From the NCBI GenBank assembly GCA_951406725.2, contig OX597816.1, positions 54,374,001 to 54,438,000 of the forward strand: a stretch of 64,000 nt of DNA. The letters are read 5' to 3'. Positions 30,101 to 43,849 of the stretch are shown piece by piece. Position 1 is the stretch's first letter. Each line of letters starts with the position of its first letter. The notes below the pieces were generated by a model that made no database searches, was not told the DNA's origin, and worked only from the letters and a program-made list of their open reading frames with translations. The position numbers were made by a program, and so were the translations under genes. This DNA comes from Octopus vulgaris (taxonomy: Eukaryota).

Positions 30101-30424
30101 GTGCATGGATACACATACACACGCACATATATATACTTGGGAAGCTGGAAATGCACTGGGAGTCTTTTAGATGGTTTATTTTTAAAAGCTCAACTGGTTT
30201 CACAGATTTCTTCTGATTTTCAAAAGTCGAGATAGATATGTGGCTCTGCCGCAGTTCCCTTGATTCTGAATGGTTTTCGAAAATTCTATTATTTTTACAG
30301 AGAGAACATGATTCAAATCACTCTCTGTTTACCATACAATTTCTTTGGCAGAGGATGGTCACATGATTAGGTTTAGAAATTTTTGTACGTTTCCTGCTAC
30401 GTTCGTTGGCATTACTCACATAAA

Positions 30425-30705
30425 CTCGCGGTCTGAGTTGTATTCTTGAGCAAGACTTTTTATTTCATATTGCTCCTGTTCGCTCAGCTGTAGAAATAAG
30501 TTGCTGCATCACTGGTGCCAAGCTGTATCAGCTCCTTTCCCTTTCCCTTGGGTAACATCGGTGACGTGGAGAGGGGAGGCTGGTATGCAGAGGCAACTGC
30601 TGGTCGTCCATATACAACCTTGAGCCTCGGATTTGTACCTTGGAAACGAATTTTCTAGGAGCAATACCATGGTCATTCGCGACCGAAGCGGGTCTTCACC
30701 TTTTA
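30425..30705 (+). mobile_element. SINE-like element (CORE-like TTGAGCAAG, CTCAGCTG)
   Basis: Shares motifs with 10672-10900. No ORF. Confidence 0.45.
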
Positions 30706-31189
30706 TTACATAGCTATAAAATTATGGTAAAGACACTATAAAATTGTTTTCCACGAAATTCGTGCGCTAGTGTCATGCGAGAAGAAGGCCATGATTGTGC
30801 TCAAATTTAAAGTTATTGGTTGTGTAAATTCATCAAGTCATGTGGCAGAATGTGTTTGTGTGAGTAGTTGTTGGTGACTGTACATTGTAAAAGTTAATTC
30901 AATCGTGGTTTGTATTTATGTACGAACATATTTCCAATAGTTATTCGAGTTTGATCTGAGGTATTCACGGAGAAAAGCTTAAGTGGGAAGACTTGGAATT
31001 CGGGGGACTTCTCGCACGTACGTCTATGTACTCACTCAGTGAGATCTGTCTAGAACTGGGTCTCGCACTTGTGGGCGATGAATAGTCGGTCTATTTCTAA
31101 GAGAGAGTTTTGTCTGGCCTGTGCAATTCTAGTCTCATCCTTTAAGTTTTAAAGCATGCAATCTATCTGTCTGTCTGTCTGTCTATCTG

Positions 31190-31265
<76 letters not shown>

Positions 31266-31278
31266 ATCTATCTGTCAA

Positions 31279-31390
<112 letters not shown>

Positions 31391-31397
31391 ATTATTG

Positions 31398-31465
<68 letters not shown>

Positions 31466-31991
31466 GCAGTGCATGCCGTCAAAGTGACACTGGGGTAAAA
31501 TATACGAAGCCCAGCATACCCATCATGACTACCCGTCTGATAAGGGTACACTAGGCACATGCATCACAACCGTATGTGCGCGATATGGTGATCACATGAC
31601 CTCGCAGGTGGGGCCCAGTTAGAATTTTCTTCTGGTCGAGTAACCCATCCCACTCAAAAGGTCCCTGTATACGGGTTGTTTAAGGATGTTGAACGAAGCG
31701 CCCATGTTTCCAGAGGTGAATTATTAAAACCCCAAAGAATCCCTCTCCACGCATGGCTATGATGCTCCCCTACTACTTCTGCTCGTGATCAGAGATGCAC
31801 ATATCGTCAGCCACTAAGGGACATGCTCAACAGGTTAAGGTCAAACAACTGACAAGTAAATTTGTGGTATTGAACATAATATTTACTGTTGCCCATCTTT
31901 TATACCAAGATAAAACAATGTACATAACACTCCCAATCAGTTAAGATCAGAAGCCATGAGAGCCACTGCCTGGTACTGCATCAGGGCATTT
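31466..31991. mobile_element. ~525-bp non-coding element inserted in (TTA)n
   Basis: GC-richer island with sharp ends and TTA arrays on both sides. No recognisable ORF. Confidence 0.55.
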
Positions 31992-32030
31992 ATTATTATT
32001 ATCATCATCATCATTATTATTATTATTATT

Positions 32031-33390
<1,360 letters not shown>

Positions 33391-33532
33391 TTCTTCTTCT
33401 TCTTCTTCTTCTTCTTCTTCTTCTTCTTCTTCTTCTTCTTCTTCTTCTTCTTCTTCTTCTTCTTCTTCTTCTTCTTCTTCTTCTTCTTCTTCTTCTTCTT
33501 CTTCTTCTCCTCCTCCTCCTTCTTCTTCTTCT

Positions 33533-33549
33533 TATTATTATTATTATTA

Positions 33550-33613
<64 letters not shown>

Positions 33614-33770
33614 CATCATCATTCAGGTCGCTGCTTGGAATCGAACTTGGAATCTTGGGGTTAGTAGTCTGCACTCTTAACGACTACCGAAACGTTAACC
33701 AGCCGAAACGTTGTGTTAACAGCAAGCAATTTGGGGACAAATATCTGTCATGTGTAAATAATGTAAATAA
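33533..33770 (-). mobile_element. Hammerhead SINE: minus-strand head (33620-33686) abutting a plus-strand 3' body (33687-33770)
   Basis: The head is the reverse complement of 37330-37395. The body CAGCCGAAACGTTGTGTTAAC..GGACAAATAT matches 39401-39446. Confidence 0.85.
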
Positions 33771-34072
33771 AGTTGATATAAAGATGTACTGTTGGATTAT
33801 TTTTGGGACTTGAAGCTGGAGTAGTGGTTGCCCACTTTAGTTTTGAAAGTGATGCTACAGGGGGCGATATATATATGCAGTTACACTTGACAGATGATAC
33901 TGTGCACCTGTAAACGATATTTTAGTAAGAAACTTAAGTGTCGCCTGTAACTGCATAGATTCATAGGTGATCTTCTGGATGAATTTGTAGGATGATCGCT
34001 GTTTAATGAAGGACTGGTGTTAGGTTCATTATTAGTGACAGCGTTAAACATATGCGTGCTAAATGTATATGA

Positions 34073-34141
<69 letters not shown>

Positions 34142-34689
34142 CGCATTTATGTATTGTGTCTGTATTACATTATATCTGTATCACCCGCAAACATGATGTG
34201 CATATCTATGGATTTACAGATGTCTGAGCAGTATAACCTAGGAATACCGTACGTCTCTTCCTTTCTTCCTCCTCCTCCTCCTCCTCTCCTCCTCCTCCTA
34301 CTGCTGCTGCTGCTGCTACTACTACTACTACTACTACAGATGCTGCTCTTGCTGCTACTATTACGAGTATACATGGTATATAAACAAATATATATTCAGA
34401 TGTACACACACACACACACATGCATATCATGCGTACACATATCACACACATATATACACACACACACCCACTCAGGCATTTATGCATATAGTTGTGTGTA
34501 TGTGTGTGTGTGTCTATGAGTATGTGGCTATGTGTTTGAGTGTATGTGTGTGTTTGTGCGGTTGAAATAAATTGATTCTTCAGCAGCTGGCAAAAGTCTC
34601 TCTTGAATTTTCCGACCTTAGCAAGTTTAGTCGAGATCCGATATTCCAGCAATTGCGGCTACGTCTTCATATAACCATCCCACAATACT

Positions 34690-35180
34690 GCTACTTCCAC
34701 CGCCACCACCACCACCACCACCACCACCACCACCACCACCACCACCACCACCGCCACCACCGCCGCCACCACACAACCGGCACCGCGACCACCTGCAGCA
34801 CCAGGTCCACAACGACGACGACCACCACCACCATCCTACGTCATCACTCATCTATCTCCATTCCTCCACAATCATAACTACCATTATCATTATTCTACTT
34901 GTCTACCACTATCTTACCACCACCACCGCCATCATCGGTATCATCATACTCCTCCTCCTCTTGCTCCACCTCTTCAACATCACCATCATCATCATCATCA
35001 TCATCATCAACATCGCCTTCATCATCATCAACATCGCCTTCCTCCTCCTCCTCATCATCATCATCATCTTCGCCTTCATCATCATCATGATCATCATGAT
35101 CATCATGATCATCATCATCATCATCGCCTTCATCATCAACATCGCCTTCATCATCATCATCATGATCATCATCATCATGA
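34690..35180. repeat. (CAC)n/(CAT)n low-complexity tract
   Basis: Directly visible. Gives poly-H/S/M pseudo-ORFs. Confidence 0.9.
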
Positions 35181-37190
35181 CTATACAGTAATCAGATGAA
35201 GAGCTTGAGTAAAAAGATGAAGCATATATTACAAGAAGCTTCTCTCCCACCGACAAAGAAAAAAAACCTAATTAGAAAATAAATTGATTTTTGTGATTAT
35301 CGTATTTATTGATAGAGTGCAATACAGAATTTTAACTTTGTTCTTAATCTCAACCGGTTCCTCTCCTCTGCTTTTTTCCAATCTATTCCAATATTACGGT
35401 CTTGAGCAGATATTTCTTCACTTCAGACGGATTACATTCAATAAAGTAAGAACTCCTTCTTCGCTGATGGTTTGCAACTATCAGAGCATGGCGTCACGCT
35501 CTGATACGAATAACTGAGGGTTGTTACTGTTTTAATAAATGGTGTTAAATACTGTCAGGAGAGTGATCGAAGTGCATGTATCGGATGTACAGACGATCCA
35601 TTATTAGGATTTCTGTTGTGTTTAGCCAGAAAATAGAATTCATTTGCTGATGCTGATTGCTGGCAGGAAGAAGAGGAAAACAGTTAATCTATTTACATAT
35701 ATAACCATTATGTTTGTTGACTAAACGTTCTGTCATGTACTCTGGCCTTCCTCTGGGCTAATTGCGATAAACCTGCTTAAAGAACGTCTACAGTGGGATT
35801 TCAACTGTACACTGCAAGCGTTGAAGCACTCGTCACCTACTGTAGCTGTTTGCCTTGATGGACTGAGTCATAACAGTTAAATACCTTAATTATTGACACA
35901 ATGTTACGCCGATGATATAATAGGAACCCGTGACCTGCAAGCTTATTGAACAATTCGTACACAAATATAGATCCGGCTTACCATATAGGTTTAATGATAA
36001 CACATGAGGCAGAACCTACGGACTCAAAACAACCATATTAGCGATCTGTTATCAACCTCAGTGGTGTAAAGAATGACTTTGTGTGATTCGAAACTTAGAC
36101 TCTAAGATTCCAAATAAAGTAGCAGAAAATGATTAATTTCAATGCCAATCTCTTGTTCCATTTGAATATTATTTCCTATAAATAATAGCTGCTCATCAAA
36201 ACAACCGACCAGATATTAGGACGAGAAGCTTGCCGAAGGAATAGACATCAGTACTTGACTACTTCTTTATTTTATCGACCCATACCGAAGACAATTGATT
36301 TTGGTGAGATGTGAACTTAGAATGCAAAGAAACAAAAGAAAACAACAAAATGTTTTTTTCCAACTGATTCAACCAACTTTTATTTTCTGTATTCAAATGT
36401 CAGTTCTTTGTTGATTTTTCCGCATAGGAGCACGGACAGTTTGATGTCCAGACTATTTTGCGGCTCTGTAACGATAGAAAGCAAATAAGATGATTTCAAA
36501 AAAAATCATGAAATCCATTTGAATGAAATCAAAATAATATTCAATCAAGTGAGGTACTTTTTATAGCTTTATATTTTCTCTTTGTAAATGGAAGAATTAA
36601 ATGACACCGTCATCGGGAATATTCTGCATTTCTCAGCAAGATATGTTTCGATGGCAGAACATGGAACACACCCCTTAATGGTTTAATAAAATATCACAAT
36701 GAGTTCCGGCCATGTCGAGACCCTATAGGAGACTGTAGTGAGCTCACAATGAAGTCCTCCTCCAAAATCTGCGACGATTGTGTTTCTACACGTTTTAAGC
36801 TGCTTAAGAAAGCTAGCCACTCCACCAACTGGCATGGTGTCGTTCATTAACACACTTCAACCTCTACCTCCATTCACCTGCTGTGTCTCCACTCGCTGTC
36901 TTTTCTACCACTACTACAATGGCCTCTGCTCTTGCAAGATGGGGTTGATATGTTAGTCTTTCTACGCAAGTCCCAGGTCACCTGTATTTTGCTCATATAC
37001 ACGTGGACGAATCCTAACCATTAATCTCAATCCTTCCGCCCCAGTAATTCTCCACCCCCTGCAATTCCCTCCCTGTCCATATTCTCTCTACAGTCACAAA
37101 GTTTCATCAATTATGCCCATCTCACTGAACTAAACATAAAAAAATTCCACCCTTTTCACCCCACCCTCGTTTTTACCGATTAACTTGAAA

Positions 37191-37320
37191 ATACAGTTCT
37201 ATATTTAAGAGATGAGGAATTATGTACATTATTTACATTTGACAGATATTTGTCATCTTGTTTGTTGCTAACACAACGTTTCGGCTGATATACTCTCCAG
37301 TCTTCATCAGGTGTCTTGGG
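37191..37320 (-). mobile_element. Inverted 3' body of the hammerhead SINE
   Basis: Reverse complement of 39368-39446 and 33700-33770. Confidence 0.9.
37270..37315 (-). ncRNA. Minimal type I hammerhead ribozyme motif
   Basis: Minus strand reads GACAC-CTGATGA-A-GACTG gagagtatat CAGCC-GAAA-CG-TT-GTGTT. Confidence 0.7.
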
Positions 37321-37389
37321 GCATATGGCGTAGTGGTTAAGAGCGCGGGCTACTAACCCCAAGATTCCAAGTTCGATTCCAAGCAGTGA

Positions 37390-37462
<73 letters not shown>

Positions 37463-37485
37463 TATCATAATAATAATAATAATAA

Positions 37486-39298
37486 GCCTGACTACCTCTC
37501 TCAAAATTGCTCAATGATGCACAGTACGGTTATAAAATGTTTGATAAAAATATAAATCATCTCATTTACATGGATGATTTAAAGCTCTTTGCAAACAATG
37601 GCCAACAACTCAAGGGCTTACACGCGATTGTTAAACAATTCAGTGATGACATCAGAATGCAATTTGGCCTAGATAAATGTGCAAAAGCTGCCTTTATCAA
37701 AGGAAAAATGACAGAAACATCTAACGTTAACCACGACCAGCAGAATGTCATAAAAGAGAACCAGCGGAGAGCTACAGATACCTAGCCTACTTGAACGGGA
37801 CGGAATCAGGCATTCAGTGATGAGGGAAGAATCAGAAAAGAATGTTATCGCAGGGTGAGAGCAATACGTAAGACTGAGCTGAATGCGAGAAACAGGATCG
37901 AAGCGATCAATGCTTTAGCCATACCAGTCGTGACCTGCAGTTTCAATATCATTATCTGGTTAATTACTGAAATATAAAATCTTGACTGAAAAATACGAAA
38001 ACTGTTGACAATGCATAGAATGAACCACCCTAAGGCAGCTATAGAACGACTTTATCTGCCAAGAATAGAGGGAGGCCGTGGACTTCTACAACTGGAAATA
38101 ACAATGAAGATTGCTACAATTGGCCTAGACACCTACCTGAAAAACTCTGAGGACTGGATGTTAAAACATGTCTCAAAACATGAAAACAAGAATGCACCAT
38201 CCTCAGTAACAAAACAGACAAAGGAATATCTAAGTGAATTCCAAACACAACAAATTCCGGAATTAGACATACGAGAAACAAGCGCAGAAAAATCTAAGCG
38301 CATGAAAACCCGTGCTAAAACTGCTACCTTAGATATTCTGAATGATAAATGGCAAGAAAAACCTCTCAATGGCAAATACCCAAAGAGAGTGAATAATGCC
38401 GATGTTGACAAAGCCCTTACCCATCAATGGCTAATGGCCTCTGGCTTAAAATCTGAAACGGAAAGGTTTATCATAGCAGCCCAAGATCAATGCCTACCTA
38501 CAAGGAACTACCAGGCCAACATATTAAAAAACGGCAGCTTCCCAACATGTCGTGTACGTCAACAACAAAAGGAAACCATTGATCATGTTGTCTCTGAGTG
38601 CAGTCTTCTTGCGCCTACAGAGTATCTCAACAGGCACGATAGAGCTGCACAATATATTCACTGGGTAAATTGCAAAAACCTGGACTTGCCCCATGATAAA
38701 AACTGGTGGGGAATGAAAACCACCTCCAGTGCTTGAAAATGATCACATCTCATTCCTCTGGAACCTCACCATTTAAACTGACAGAAAGATAGATCCGAAT
38801 AGGCTAGACAAAGATTTCAGACAAAATCCTGCCTCCTCATTGATATGACTGCCCTAATTGATATAAACGTATCTGTCAAGACCTACCAAAAACTGAGCAA
38901 ATATAAAGATCTTAAAATAGAAATTAGTAAAATGTGGAACCTGAAAACTAAAACAATACCTGTTGTCATAGGTACCCTAGGAATGATAGCAAAAAGGGCT
39001 GATTGCTACCTAGCTCAGATATCAGGAAACCCCAAAATGGCAGAAATTCAAAAGATAGTACTCATGGGAACTGCTCATATTCTACGCAAAGTACTTTCTA
39101 TGTAATCTCAAGTTTTAAAACAAACACATAATTTTCTTATGGTTTCTTAAACATTCTCTAGAACAACACTATGTACAAAACCAAATATATGGCACACTAG
39201 GCATAACACCAACATAAACTTCCAACTTGTTGTCTCTTGAGGTCTCTGGATGAGACTTGGAGCCAACTTGTACAAATGTAAAGCAAAAGTCAAACATC
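37486..39298 (+). mobile_element. 5'-truncated R4/Dong-like RLE retrotransposon, family A (RT, zinc knuckle, endonuclease; disrupted)
   Basis: LIYMDDLKLFA, MQFGLDKCA, HPKAAIERLY..GGRGL, RHDRAAQYIHW and KLSKYKDL..TAHILRKVL. Confidence 0.95.
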
Positions 39299-39372
39299 AA
39301 TTAATAATGATAATCATGATAACATCGAAAAATACCTTAGGAATGAGAACCCAGGTTCGAAGTTTCCCCCCA

Positions 39373-39418
39373 AACACCTGATGAAGGCTGGAAGGTATAT
39401 CAGCCGAAACGTTGTGTT
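39373..39418 (+). ncRNA. Minimal type I hammerhead ribozyme motif (intact core)
   Basis: AACAC-CTGATGA-A-GGCTG gaaggtatat CAGCC-GAAA-CG-TT-GTGTT. 5-bp stem I, 5-bp stem II and palindromic ACGT stem III. Confidence 0.75.
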
Positions 39419-39978
39419 AACAAGAAACAAGATGAGGACAAATATCTTTAATGGTATCTCTGCATGCAACCCACCTCTTCTGCTGCTCGTCTCAAAATGC
39501 CGGACACTTCACGTCTATCTGAGCTATGTATTAATTTCGCCTGAAATATAGAGTTAGAAATTGATTGAATAAAGGGGCTTGGAGGTCGTCATGTTACCCC
39601 TATCTAGATTGTACTTATTTCTCCAATATTCTACAGGAATCTAACCTTTAACTCTACTTCAACCCGGACAATCTGTGGCTCCATCAGGGAAATAAATAGC
39701 AACATAATTCAGGGATAATATTCAATAATAATTCGTATTATTAAGTCATTCTTTCTCATTTTTGCACAGGACTTTCAATTTTAGCGCGTGTGTGTGTGAG
39801 GTCGTGTGGAGTGGGGAGGTTTGGGTGAAGGGTAAATCGATTACATTGATCCCAATATTTGATTGGTATTTATTCTATCGATCTCGAACGGTTGGAAGGT
39901 AAAGTAGACATTTGAACCAAAAGAAATACAGCTAAAATCTTTGTCCTACAAGATAATAATTTTGCCAGCTAGTCACCT

Positions 39979-40041
<63 letters not shown>

Positions 40042-40080
40042 AACAACATAATAATAATAATAATAATAATAACAATAATA

Positions 40081-41366
40081 CGAGGGGCGTTCAATAAGTA
40101 ATGCCCCTGACCCACTTCCCATAGCAGTAGAGCAACGAAACTTGGCACAGGTATTAGTCTTTTTCTACATAGGAACCAACCAGAGGTACGCATTTCTCCC
40201 ATCGATTGATGCAGTTCTGGAGACCGTTTTCGTAGAAGACCCCAGCTTGGTCCTCCAACCACGACGTGACTTCAGAAATCAAGGCTGCATCATCTGGGAA
40301 ACGCTTTCCTTTCAAAAACAACTTCATGGCTGGGAAGAGGTGAAAATCAGAGGGTGCAAGGTCAGGAGAGTAGGGGGATGGGGGAAGAGTTCATAGCCGC
40401 ACACCTGTGCTTCTGATCTGGCGACACGCGAGTTGTGGACCGGAGCGTTGTCCTGCAGGAGGAGGATGCCTTTGCTGATCTTGCCCCGCCTCTTGGTTTC
40501 GATAGCTTCTCTTAATTTCCTCAAAAGTGAAACATGATAGGCTCCTGTAATTGTGGTACCCTTTGCCAGGAAATCTGTCATCACTACTCCGTCCTGGTCC
40601 CAGAAGACTGTGAGCATGACCTTGCCAGCGGAGGGCTGCACCCTTGCCTTCTTTGGAGGAGGTGAGTCATGGTGCTTCCACTGCATTGACTGGGCTTTGG
40701 TCTCTGGATCATAGTGATGAACCCAGGTCTCATCCTGTGTAATCAGTCTTTTGAAAAATTTTGACTCATCTTCTTGGCACATCCCTAAATTCTTGCTTCA
40801 GGAATTCTTGCGTTCTTACTTCTGGAAAAGTGTGAGCAGCCTGGAAATCCATCTGGCAGACACCTTTTGCATATGCAAATGGTCATGAATGATAGTTTCC
40901 ACAGACCCGGTACTAATCTTGACCTCATGGGCTATTTGGCGAATAGTTATGCGTCGATCTTCCAAAATGGCAGCCTCAACTTGACGGACAGATGCCTCAT
41001 CAATAGCAGAAGGGGTGCGACCAGATCTGGGAGCTGTTTCCACAGAGTTCCGACCATGTTTGAATTCACGATGCCAGCGTTTTACAAGGTCATATGATGG
41101 GGCATCATCACCATAAGTTACTTTCATTTCATCAAAAGTCTCCTGTGGTGTGCGTCATTTCAAATACAAAAACCGGATCACTGCTCGACACTCAACATGC
41201 TCCATTTCCCACTTGACTCATTTCAAACACCTGTAAATCAGAAACCACAATTAGTTCAGAGCTTGCCACTTAATCTATAGAGATATCAATAATTGCACAT
41301 GCAAAATTTCAGCTAGATCAAACAAAGGCAAGTAGGTCAGAGGCATTACTTATTGAACGCCCCTCG
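40081..41366 (-). mobile_element. Full-length mariner (DD34D-type) transposon, transposase disrupted
   Basis: TIRs CGAGGGGCGTTCAATAAGTAATGCC / GGCATTACTTATTGAACGCCCCTCG with a TA target duplication. Motifs RWHREFK.G, KVSARWI.R.L, ITQDETWVHHYDPE, KVMLTVFWD and QDNAPVH. Confidence 0.96.
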
Positions 41367-41473
41367 TAATAGTTGATATGTTTGATTTCAGTAGTCAGGC
41401 TTTACATTGTAGTGGGAGAGATGGAAAATAAAGAGTGACAGAAAGATAGATAGATAGATAGACATATAGATAG

Positions 41474-41533
<60 letters not shown>

Positions 41534-41699
41534 AACATAAGAGGTGCATATACGAGGCTTGATGTTAGGCAAAGAGTAAAAGGATTTACCCTTCATCCTT
41601 TTGAAGTCGATAAGTACCAGTTGAACACTGGAGTTTGTACCAAAATTTGAAACCAATAATATAATAATAATATTTATCATAGTTAACTGGTAGCAGTAA

Positions 41700-42420
41700 A
41701 TCAACAACTCTCCTGAAGGTTTACAAAAAATCTATGTTGGTTTCTGTGTTGACCCGTTCCTGTTGTGCAACCATACTGTAAGCTCATGTGATCAAGAGAT
41801 TCAAGGATTCATTATATACGAACTCTGCTGATACGTAAGCTATATCAATTTTGGGATCAATAATGACAATAATTGGATTGTTATCGATTCGTCACCTTAG
41901 TAAACTAAACCTTGACTTATTAAGCAGTGACAAATATTTATTTTCGATTTGGATCAGATAAGTATCTGCTTTATAATAGGTAAACACTGCAACCAACACA
42001 AAAAGCAACTATAGGAAGCAGTTATTAGATTAGTTTGTTCGTCTGGAGAATAACAGAATATTTCTAAATAGCTTGACGTATCATTGTAAATAAATTATTT
42101 ATGAATTTTCTGTTTAACGGGAAATCTGTGCAAAGAAATCAATGCATATTTTTAAACCTTACCATTGCCCAAACTCCTGTGTGTTTATTTTTATGTGTAG
42201 TTGTTGAAATCGTTGCTATTTCATTGAGAACGAAATACAAGCTGTTTGCTGGAGATTGCAATCAGATTTGAACGAGAGAAGCTTTGTCTCAGAAGTCGAG
42301 CAACTTAGTAGAAAGAATTCACGTCTAAGAACACCGACTAATACCTATATTGAAGAGATAAAAGGAATAAATTTGATTCTATAAGCACATAATATTGATT
42401 GCTAACCAATTTCAATAGAC
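41700..42420 (+). mobile_element. Possible highly decayed RTE-like RT remnant
   Basis: GSVLTPFLL resembles the RT QGS.LSP.LF motif. Many stops. Confidence 0.3.
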
Positions 42421-43329
42421 TAACCTAACATCATATCTACATAGTAGGAATGAATCTTTCTTCTATGTAATGACATCGTTGAAACATGTTAGTTAGATTT
42501 CATTTCAGATCAATAAAACTAGCAGTTTGAAAACGATTTCAGAGTTTTGTCAATACTTTAACATTTGAATTAATGTTTGTATATGTAAATGGACAGTATT
42601 AGTTAGGTATGGCGACATTATAACACAGAATTCATCTGAATTTCAAATCTACCATCTCAATGTACAAAGAACTTCTAAAAGAAGCCATTTTATCGATAAA
42701 TATATTGTGGTATCATTTTAATGAAGTCGACTTGTGGACAGCTTCACTTCATCTTCCTACAATTACAACTTTGTAACTCTCATAAAAAAATAACTTTAGC
42801 TGGGTATTTTTTTTTAACGCTTTGGGGAAATATTTGATTTTATATCTCAAAATCTTTTAATCAGAATATTTTCTGCAAGAATATTCCCAATACAGGAAAA
42901 TAATTGGAGGGAAAAAAAAAAGGGAAACGGTTACTGTATATTTCAATAGAATAAAATCACCATTTTTATTGGCGGGACGGCCGTTCACATTGTCTTCATC
43001 CATTTAGAAGAAATAGGATCAAAAGTACAGAACACGCACGCACACACGCACACACATATACACACACATAACATACATAGCACATATATATATATATATA
43101 TATACATTTGTTTGAAATATTATTGTGTATGAGTGTATGTGTGGGTAGGCAAGTTTATTGAAATATTTTATACGCTGATATAAAATAATATCCATACATC
43201 TCAGTGACATGTTAATATCAAATGGATCAAACTTAAATAGTGAATTTTGGGATAATAATATACTGTTAAACATCTATGTAGCTGTCTGTCTGTCTGTCTG
43301 TTGTCTGTCCGTATGTTTGCCTTCCTGCA

Positions 43330-43410
<81 letters not shown>

Positions 43411-43766
43411 CAAAAAAAAGATGGGTAAATGTAGCAAGGATGGCACGAATGAATGACGAAGCCACCTTGAGCATGATCCTATGAACCGTAAACAAATTTA
43501 ATACAGTGTTACTTATTTGTAAATAAATGTTAATATGTGGCGTATTTGCCCGAGGTTACCGTGGTCTTATCGTAGGTTTTTCTTTCCACAGATAAACCTC
43601 CCCATTTCTTGGGAACTTTTTGTACTATTTCGACATTTTTTGCATATATTTCCAACGATTTCGATCCATTTTGATCGATGTCCCCTTTTTTTCGCCCCCC
43701 TCGAAAAGAAAAACTCTACATTGAAATTGTCCCCTCTGTGTTTAGCCCCGTGTGACCAATAAATAA

Positions 43767-43769
<3 letters not shown>
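43411..43769 (+). mobile_element. 3' end of a Tx1-like LINE (ORF2 C-terminus and 3' UTR) inserted in (CTAT)n
   Basis: KRWVNVARMARMNDEATLSMIL* plausibly continues the ORF2 that is cut at about 47340. Ends in AATAAATAAA, with (CTAT)n on both sides. Confidence 0.65.

Positions 43770-43849
<80 letters not shown>

Larger units (their letters stand above)
37321..39446 (+). mobile_element. tRNA-headed hammerhead-containing SINE, split by a Dong-like insertion in its internal (AAT)n
   Basis: A box TGGCGTAGTGG at 37326 and B box GTTCGATTCC at 37371, then (AAT)n. The body resumes at 39301. The uninterrupted version is at 63808-64000. Confidence 0.85.

Noticed and set aside
34572-35256. Poly-His/Ser/Met ORFs resembling a transcription-factor low-complexity region
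   Set aside because: Pure CAC/CAT repeats, open in several frames, with no domain or splice support.
35284-35900. Unique-looking sequence that could hold a host exon
   Set aside because: No recognisable protein motif or convincing splice-flanked ORF. RNA-seq or homology would be needed.
37321-37392. Possible tRNA gene (anticodon-like ACT)
   Set aside because: No convincing acceptor stem or oligo-T terminator, and it is linked to AAT and the SINE body in several copies, so it is a SINE head.
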